Source: a virus
Taxonomy: Duplodnaviria; Heunggongvirae; Uroviricota; Caudoviricetes
Direction: 5' to 3' (one strand)
DNA: 39,373 bases
Virus record (IMG/VR): IMGVR_UViG_2534681996_000012
Shown here: one piece after another, positions 33,572 through 39,373 of the stretch
How positions within the stretch are numbered: position 1 is the first letter of the stretch
Layout of the letters: each line of letters begins with the position of its first letter
Notes under the pieces: generated by a model
What the model was told of the DNA's origin: nothing
Seen by the model: only the letters and a program-made list of their open reading frames with translations
Database searches by the model: none
Position numbers and translations under genes: made by a program

Positions 33572-33634
33572 TCACCCATAAGGTAACAAAAATCAAGGAT
33601 AGTTACCTATGGGGTGCATTTACCTGTTGGGTAA
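33572..33634. promoter_or_regulatory. Immunity-region operator cluster (three TTACC-N5-GGTAA-type sites) with divergent promoters
   Basis: TCACC-CATAA-GGTAA 33572-33586, TTACC-TATGG-GGTGC 33603-33617, TTACC-TGTTG-GGTAA 33620-33634; plus AT-rich inverted repeat TATTTAT-N8-ATAAATA at 33549-33570. Confidence 0.6.
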
Positions 33635-33689
33635 TATTGCTTTAAATTGAATCATCTACTGATTCATATACGAGGCGATTTTCCAGAAA

Positions 33690-34274
33690 ATGAAAAGTAT
33701 CCAGGACGTCCGCAGGCAAAATCTCAACGACTTGATCGACCGTGAATTCAATGGTGTTCAGACGCGGATGGCAGAAAAACTTGGAACTCAGGCAAATCTG
33801 GTAAACCGCTGGGCTCTTGGCAAGAAGGTTATCGGCGACCAGGTTGCGCGAAAAATTGAAGCTGCCGCCAATAAACCCCGTAACTGGCTTGATATCGATC
33901 GCTCGCTTTCTCAGGAAGGTTTTCAGCCTGTCGGCCCAAGCGACATTGGTCAGCTGGCGGCTCACAACCTGGAACGCTGGATGAGCGAAAGCCGCGACCT
34001 TTCAACACAGGGAAAACTTCACCGCGCATCCGGCGTCGCCCAGGTGACAATCAGCCGCCTGTTAAACAATGAGGTCAGCGTTTCCATTTCCACCCTGGAG
34101 AATGTTGCATCCGCATTCGGGCGTCACGGCTATGAATTACTGATTCACCCGCACGACCCTGCGACCATCAACTATGACCGCTCGCGCTACGCATTGTTAC
34201 CCGAAACCGAGAAAGCAAAGATCGAAAGTTACATTGAATTTGTCATCAACCAGAACGAAAAAAACAAACAATAA
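33690..34274 (+). CDS. Prophage repressor, tandem HTH domains, no LexA-like peptidase domain
   Basis: Two XRE-type HTH-like segments (MAEKLGTQANLVNRWALGKK and LHRASGVAQVTISRLLNNE); no Ala-Gly cleavage site or Ser/Lys dyad; followed by terminator and operator-controlled promoter. Confidence 0.65.
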   Translation: MKSIQDVRRQNLNDLIDREFNGVQTRMAEKLGTQANLVNRWALGKKVIGDQVARKIEAAANKPRNWLDIDRSLSQEGFQPVGPSDIGQLAAHNLERWMSESRDLSTQGKLHRASGVAQVTISRLLNNEVSVSISTLENVASAFGRHGYELLIHPHDPATINYDRSRYALLPETEKAKIESYIEFVINQNEKNKQ

Positions 34275-34294
34275 AATCATATTTTTCAGTAAGT

Positions 34295-34320
34295 AAGCCG
34301 CCTTCTGGCGGCTTTTTTAT
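34295..34320 (+). terminator. Rho-independent terminator after repressor gene
   Basis: AAGCCGCC-TTCT-GGCGGCTT followed by TTTTTTATT. Confidence 0.75.
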
Positions 34321-34331
34321 TGTCTACACAA

Positions 34332-34408
34332 TTACCTTAAGGGTAATTTTTTTAACTCATATCTATTGACACCAAACCAAATACGCATAATCATTACCTC
34401 AACGGTAA
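34332..34408 (+). promoter_or_regulatory. Early-left promoter (TTGACA ... CATAAT) flanked by two perfect operator palindromes
   Basis: TTACC-TTAAG-GGTAA at 34332-34346; TTGACA 34366-34371; CATAAT 34386-34391; TTACC-TCAAC-GGTAA at 34394-34408. Confidence 0.6.
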
Positions 34409-34427
34409 CAGACCGAGGTAACAAGTT

Positions 34428-34580
34428 ATGCAGTGGAAAATCATCAACGGTTGGTACTGCGTTACTGCATGCGGATTCATGAGCTGGAAGTTCCGCACCT
34501 TACAGGAAGGCATTAAGTGGGCTTTCGTCAGCAAAGAAGCTCGCGATGTGGCCAACGATAACGAGATATGGGAGGGCTGA
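34428..34580 (+). CDS. Small 50-aa ORF, first gene of early-left operon
   Basis: GAGGT 9 nt upstream of ATG; stop 2 nt before the next gene's ATG; Trp/Cys-containing hydrophobic N-terminus; below the track's length cut-off. Confidence 0.35.
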   Translation: MQWKIINGWYCVTACGFMSWKFRTLQEGIKWAFVSKEARDVANDNEIWEG

Positions 34581-34582
34581 TA

Positions 34583-34882
34583 ATGAACGTTAATCAGCAG
34601 CAAAATCTTCAAAAAATCATGCTGGCATTCGACAAGGACTACCGCCTGTCAGAGCAGCTATATGACCGACAAGTTGAACTGATCGAGAGCATCCGGCTTC
34701 ATCAACTAGCCTCAACTTTCGACGCTGTAACAGGTAAAGGCGTTCGCCAGGAAGTACTGGAGGCCGCTAAAGACAGTCCAGAGTTCGAAGAACTGATGGA
34801 TTCCTACCGGCGCGAGGCAATGGCAATTATCGCGCGCTGGGATCTGGCTGATCAGCTTGATGGGCAGAGGGACGCGGCATGA
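34583..34882 (+). CDS. Hypothetical protein
   Basis: ATG 34583 with GGAGG 6 nt upstream (track start 34568 lacks RBS); stop overlaps next start. Confidence 0.5.
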   Translation: MNVNQQQNLQKIMLAFDKDYRLSEQLYDRQVELIESIRLHQLASTFDAVTGKGVRQEVLEAAKDSPEFEELMDSYRREAMAIIARWDLADQLDGQRDAA

Positions 34883-35700
34883 AACCGGGAATTTATTTCG
34901 ACATCAGCAACGAAGACTACCACGCCGGGGACGGCGTGAGTAAGTCGCAACTGGACATGGTTGCCAAGAATCCGGCGCTTCTTAAATGGGTTCAGGCAGC
35001 ACCAGAAGACGAAGAGAAAAAGTCTGCACTGGATATGGGAACCGCATTGCACTGTCTGCTTCTGGAGCCTGGAGAGTTCGACAAACGCTTCATTGTTTCG
35101 CCGAAATTCGATCGTCGGACGAAACAAGGTAAAGCTGACGAAGAGGCATTTCTTCGTGATGTGGCGGATATGGGGATTACGGTACTTGATGCCGAGCAGT
35201 GGCGGAAACTGGAGCTGATGCGTGATAGCGCAATGGCTCACCCGGCGGCACGCTGGATGTTGGAAGCACCTGGTTACTGCGAAGCATCAATGTACTGGAA
35301 CGATGAAGAGACGGGTGAGTTGTGCCGAATTCGTCCAGACAAATGGCTGAACGAGCACAACGTGATCGTCGACGTGAAAAAGGTTGCAGATATGGACCGT
35401 TTTGCACGCCACATCGAGGAGTTCCGCTACCACGTGCAGGACGCAATGTACCGCGAAGGCGCAATGAGGGTTACTGGTCAGCCACATGGTTTTTTCTTTC
35501 TTGCCGTGAGCGAAAGCATTGATTGTGGTCGGTATCCGGTACGCGTGTTCGAGCTGGATGCGCCGGATGTCGATGCCGGGCACGCTCTGTTCCGCCGGGA
35601 TCTGAATACCTATCACGAATGCCGCATCAACGATGAATGGGGCGGAGTGGAAATTATTAAACGCCATGACTGGGCACGTAAACAGGATATGTACGTATGA
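34879..35700 (+). CDS. PD-(D/E)XK-type nuclease (recombination exonuclease candidate)
   Basis: Motif ...RPDKW...IVDVKK consistent with a D...(D/E)xK active site; translationally coupled to the RecT-like gene. Confidence 0.55.
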   Translation: MKPGIYFDISNEDYHAGDGVSKSQLDMVAKNPALLKWVQAAPEDEEKKSALDMGTALHCLLLEPGEFDKRFIVSPKFDRRTKQGKADEEAFLRDVADMGITVLDAEQWRKLELMRDSAMAHPAARWMLEAPGYCEASMYWNDEETGELCRIRPDKWLNEHNVIVDVKKVADMDRFARHIEEFRYHVQDAMYREGAMRVTGQPHGFFFLAVSESIDCGRYPVRVFELDAPDVDAGHALFRRDLNTYHECRINDEWGGVEIIKRHDWARKQDMYV

Positions 35701-36578
35701 GCAATGATATCGCAATCACATCACAACCAGGCGCAACTGTAGGCACTGCTGCGGCAATCTTCAGCCCCGAGGGCATGAATCAACTGGTGCGTTTCGCGGA
35801 GTTGATGTCACAAAGCAAAGCGACTGTACCGGAACATCTTGAAGGCAAACCTGCCGATTGCCTGGCGGTGACCATGCAGGCGGCACAGTGGGGAATGAAC
35901 CCTTTCGCCGTGGCGCAGAAAACGCATGTGGTAAACGGAAAGTTAGGCTACGAAGCACAGTTGGTAAACGCGGTCGTATCCTCTTCCAGCCTGCTGGCGA
36001 CACGCCTGAATTATCGCTGGAGCGGTGACTGGTCGAATGTTAACGGCAAAACAGATAAATCACCGAATCTGACGGTAACTGTGTCAGCAGTTCTTAAAGG
36101 AGAAGCAGAACCACGTGAGCTTACCATCAGTATGGCGCAAGCAGGAGTGCGTAACTCTCCATTGTGGGAACAGGATCCGCGCCAGCAACTTGCCTATCTT
36201 TGCACGAAACGATGGGCTCGCTTGCACGCTCCTGATGTACTTCTCGGTGTTTACACCCCTGACGAATTACAGGAAACGGCACCGCGCGTTGAGCGAGACA
36301 TTACTCCGCAAACGACCACTGCTGCGGGAATGAACAGTCTGATCAACGCTAAACAAGTGAAAAAGCCTGATGAGCAAACGCGTAAAGCGGATAGCCGTGA
36401 TCCAGAAGAAATGCTAATGGCCTTTACCAGCGCAGCGATGAATTACAGCACTGTCTCCGAACTGGATAAAGCTTACAAATACATTGCACAAAAACTTTCA
36501 GATGATGACGAACTGCTGGCAAAAGCCACCGACGTTTACAGCGTTCGTCGGGAAGAATTAAACGAAACATCTATGTAA
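35697..36578 (+). CDS. RecT/Redbeta-like single-strand annealing protein
   Basis: Central region GMNPFAVAQKTHVVNGKLGYEAQLVNAV resembles RecT-family core; ATGA overlap with upstream nuclease gene. Confidence 0.55.
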   Translation: MSNDIAITSQPGATVGTAAAIFSPEGMNQLVRFAELMSQSKATVPEHLEGKPADCLAVTMQAAQWGMNPFAVAQKTHVVNGKLGYEAQLVNAVVSSSSLLATRLNYRWSGDWSNVNGKTDKSPNLTVTVSAVLKGEAEPRELTISMAQAGVRNSPLWEQDPRQQLAYLCTKRWARLHAPDVLLGVYTPDELQETAPRVERDITPQTTTAAGMNSLINAKQVKKPDEQTRKADSRDPEEMLMAFTSAAMNYSTVSELDKAYKYIAQKLSDDDELLAKATDVYSVRREELNETSM

Positions 36579-36627
36579 CCACCACCGCGGCGCCACGCGC
36601 GCCGCACTGCAACCAAGAGAGGTATTT

Positions 36628-36876
36628 ATGAAAGGTGCATTAGGTAAGAAGGAACTCCTGGCGGTGGTGCCACTGTCATGGAGCACTATCGACCGTATGG
36701 AGCGCGCAGGGGAATTTCCTAAACGCTGGTATATCACCGATAAACGCTGCGCATGGAACCGTGATGAAGTTGAGCGTTGGCTTGATGAACGTCAGGCAGC
36801 AAGCCCGGCAGAGTTCCAGGGTAAAAAACCTCCTGTTCAGCAACGTGTATATCGTCCCGTGAGCAACGCGGCATGA
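36628..36876 (+). CDS. AlpA/excisionase-like small DNA-binding protein
   Basis: 82 aa; LLAVVPLSWSTIDRMERAGEFP...WNRDEVERWLDERQ resembles AlpA-type HTH; GAGAGG RBS. Confidence 0.5.
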   Translation: MKGALGKKELLAVVPLSWSTIDRMERAGEFPKRWYITDKRCAWNRDEVERWLDERQAASPAEFQGKKPPVQQRVYRPVSNAA

Positions 36877-36985
36877 GTGTGCTGCTAAGGCACTGGAGCA
36901 AATGGTCAGGATGGTACTTATTCCTGGCCTCTGTTTCTGCATGGCTTTATCTGCTGGCATTAATTTTCAGAGAGGGTTGGATTAA

Positions 36986-37285
36986 GTGAGAAAGTTAAGC
37001 CGACTTGAAAAATATCACATGAACAAGGTTTCAATGCGCAGCCCTTCAAAGGTTGTTGCCGTTACTCCTGCGGCGATAGAGATCGAAAAACGCGCGATTG
37101 AAAGAGAGAAAAAAGGGCAGTTCCGCATTGCCGCCCACCTTTGGCTTCAGTGTATGGATGTTGCTTCTGGTGATGTTGAGCGTGCAAGGATCGCGGTTCG
37201 CAGGGACCAATGTATCACAAAAGGTAACGGCCTTCGCCGTGGCGACTATAGCGGTATAGGATGTTGCGGGGTGGTTTATGACTAA
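36986..37285 (+). CDS. Hypothetical protein
   Basis: GTG start with AGAGGG 9 nt upstream; stop overlaps methyltransferase start. Confidence 0.4.
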   Translation: MRKLSRLEKYHMNKVSMRSPSKVVAVTPAAIEIEKRAIEREKKGQFRIAAHLWLQCMDVASGDVERARIAVRRDQCITKGNGLRRGDYSGIGCCGVVYD

Positions 37286-37928
37286 GAAATACACACTAAT
37301 CTATGCAGATCCACCCTGGGTATACCGGGACAAAGCCGCAGATGGTAATCGCGGTGCCGGTTTTAAATATCCGGTTATGAGTGTGATGGATATCTGCCGC
37401 CTTCCTGTGTGGGATTTGGCCGATGAAAACTGTCTGTTGGCCATGTGGTGGGTGCCAACACAACCACTCGAAGCACTAAAAGTTGTTGAAGCCTGGGGAT
37501 TCCGTCTGATGACCATGAAGGGATTCACGTGGATAAAATGTGGTAGTCGACAACCAGATAAACTGGTTATGGGTATGGGTCACATGACTCGCGCCAATAG
37601 TGAAGATTGCCTGTTTGCAGTAAAGGGAAAACTACCTCCGCGCATTAATGCAGGGATCGTTCAGTCATTTACCGCACCGCGGCTTGAGCATTCAAGAAAA
37701 CCAGATGTCGTTCGTGAAAAACTTGTGCAATTGTTAGGCGATGTTTCTCGCATTGAACTGTTCGCCCGCCAGTCGTCTCATGGCTTCGATGTTTGGGGTA
37801 ATCAGTGCGAAGACCCGGCAGTGCAACTACACCCTGGATACGCGTTGGATATTGCCAGATTAACAAATGCATTCAGCAATGCTCCGCTGTCACCAACAGA
37901 CAACCAGGGGCGGGAGCGTGCAGCATGA
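37278..37928 (+). CDS. N6-adenine DNA methyltransferase, MT-A70 family (orphan)
   Basis: Catalytic DPPW motif in LIYADPPWVY; GGGGTGG RBS; no adjacent restriction enzyme gene. Confidence 0.8.
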   Translation: MTKKYTLIYADPPWVYRDKAADGNRGAGFKYPVMSVMDICRLPVWDLADENCLLAMWWVPTQPLEALKVVEAWGFRLMTMKGFTWIKCGSRQPDKLVMGMGHMTRANSEDCLFAVKGKLPPRINAGIVQSFTAPRLEHSRKPDVVREKLVQLLGDVSRIELFARQSSHGFDVWGNQCEDPAVQLHPGYALDIARLTNAFSNAPLSPTDNQGRERAA

Positions 37929-38119
37929 ACCGGGCATCACCAGCAGATTTAAGGAAATGCCTTGAAACTGCAAACATGCTTGCACACAGCGGGATCAGGT
38001 TTGTTCCAATTCCCGCTGTCACCGATGCTGAATTTGCAACGCTGTCAGCAATATTCGCAGACAAAATTGAATCACTGGCAGCAGAAGCCGAGATGGAAGA
38101 AAATCAGCAGAATAATTAA
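37925..38119 (+). CDS. Hypothetical small protein
   Basis: ATG 37925 overlaps methyltransferase stop (ATGA); track start 37805 is a less likely in-frame extension. Confidence 0.4.
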   Translation: MNRASPADLRKCLETANMLAHSGIRFVPIPAVTDAEFATLSAIFADKIESLAAEAEMEENQQNN

Positions 38120-38122
38120 ACG

Positions 38123-39373
38123 TTATTCCCCCGCCATCCACTTCTCAAACTTCGACGGGGAGAACGGAATCAGATCCGTATGCTCCCCGTCAATCCAAGA
38201 ATCAATCATATCGGCCCACTGCTGCAACATGTAGGCGCGCTGTCTGGCGTATTCCGCTTTGTTATATACGGCGCGCACACCTTTCTGCTCATGTGCCAGA
38301 GCCTTTTCAATCCAGTCTGAAGGATAACCAGCCTCATGCAACAACGTACTGGCTGTACGGCGCATATCGTGTACGGTGAAGTCCTGAATATGCTCACCAT
38401 CTTCATTTATTATTTTCACCGTTCTGTCGATCAGAGAGTTCAGTGCGGCATTAGATAATGGCTTCCGGAAATTGTAACGACCAGGAACCAGGTATTCACT
38501 TCCACCAGCGCACATCTGCAACCCGACCAATATATCCTGTGCCTGTTTAGGCAGGTAAATAACGTGCGCCCGGCTTCCTTTCATGCGGTCTGAAGGAATT
38601 GTCCATGTCCATTTTTTAAAATCTATTTCATCCCACGTTGCATTGGTGAATTCGCCCTTACGAACCATAGTGATAAGCACCAGTTTTAAAGCCATTTTCA
38701 TAGTGCCCATAGCACCAATGGCATCCAGCGTGCGGAAGAACAGGCCAATTTCTTCTGGTGTCAGTGTTCGCTCTCGTGGTTTAAATATGGCGATAGACGA
38801 AGGTTTAATGTCAGCCGCAGGATTAAACAAACCATGACCACGGTCATTGGCGTGACGGTATACGCTACTGATGATCTCCCTGGCCTGCACTGCTGTTGCC
38901 CGGCCACCGCGTTCGACAATCCGGTCACACAAATCACGAACCATCGATGTGGTAATTTCAGCCATCATTTTATTGCCAAGAACCGGAAGTATGTCACGGT
39001 CGATCACCGCCTGTTTCATTGCGCGGGTACTGTCAGCCAGGATGACGTGTTTCATATAACTGTCGGTATGTACCGCAAACGTCTCGGCACCACGAATCTT
39101 TTTGATACCGTCACGTTTAGCCGCAGCCGGTGACTGGCCTGCTTTAAGCAGCTTCTTTGCAGCAATCAGTTCTTCTCGCGCTTCTGCCAGGCTGATACCG
39201 TCACGCCCATACTGCCCGATTACCAGCGTTTCGCGGCGACCGTTGATACGGTAGTCGTAGCGAAACGAGACCGTGCCTGACGTAAGCACAGCTACATACA
39301 GCCCGTCACGATCGGAGACCTTGTACAGTTTGTCCTGCGGCTTGAGGTTTTTTAATTTTGTATCGGTAAGCAC
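38123..39373 (-). CDS. int: Tyrosine integrase, P4-like (N-terminus runs off the window edge)
   Basis: N-terminal LTDTKLKNLKP arm-binding-type sequence; C-terminal catalytic HDMRRT and GVRAVYN (Tyr); ORF open to base 39373. Confidence 0.9.
   Translation of the reverse strand: MLTDTKLKNLKPQDKLYKVSDRDGLYVAVLTSGTVSFRYDYRINGRRETLVIGQYGRDGISLAEAREELIAAKKLLKAGQSPAAAKRDGIKKIRGAETFAVHTDSYMKHVILADSTRAMKQAVIDRDILPVLGNKMMAEITTSMVRDLCDRIVERGGRATAVQAREIISSVYRHANDRGHGLFNPAADIKPSSIAIFKPRERTLTPEEIGLFFRTLDAIGAMGTMKMALKLVLITMVRKGEFTNATWDEIDFKKWTWTIPSDRMKGSRAHVIYLPKQAQDILVGLQMCAGGSEYLVPGRYNFRKPLSNAALNSLIDRTVKIINEDGEHIQDFTVHDMRRTASTLLHEAGYPSDWIEKALAHEQKGVRAVYNKAEYARQRAYMLQQWADMIDSWIDGEHTDLIPFSPSKFEKWMAGE

Larger units (their letters stand above)
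1289..39373. mobile_element. Integrated temperate podovirus-like prophage; right end lies beyond the window
   Basis: Continuous phage gene set from lysis cassette (1289-3086) through virion, packaging, replication and immunity genes to a tyrosine integrase truncated at 39373; left boundary presumably in 1072-1288. Confidence 0.85.

Noticed and set aside
28294-38119. Phage-encoded single-subunit RNA polymerase expected for a T7-like phage
   Set aside because: No early-region ORF is anywhere near the required ~800-900 aa; the largest early products are under 300 aa

Overview
Nearly the whole window is one integrated temperate phage (about 1289 to beyond 39373), with two secreted-protein genes at the left edge that look chromosomal. 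All calls come from reading the sequence and the ORF track; no database search was possible, and hand-counted motif coordinates may be off by 1-2 nt. The virion module is podovirus (T7-like) in gene order: small and large terminase, portal, scaffold, major capsid, tail tubular A and B, five internal virion proteins, tail spike, then holin/endolysin/Rz/Rz1, all on the minus strand. No phage RNA polymerase is present. The right third is a lambdoid module: a tandem-HTH repressor without a peptidase domain, a Cro-like gene, an O-like initiator with internal iterons, a lambda-P-like protein, an exonuclease/RecT pair, an MT-A70 methyltransferase and a P4-type integrase cut by the window edge. Two opposite-strand accessory islands interrupt the late operon. 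The first (5.4-8.4 kb) holds a LexA-box-controlled small gene, a Bro-N antirepressor, a YafO-like toxin with an unusual upstream partner, a secreted peptide and a membrane protein. The second (24.6-26.1 kb) holds a tRNA-Arg(UCU) and an AT-rich two-TM/coiled-coil protein. The most striking sequence-level signal is a 15-bp palindrome TTACC-N5-GGTAA that clusters at the immunity region and recurs in front of the accessory genes; two further repeated motifs sit next to terminators and operon junctions.
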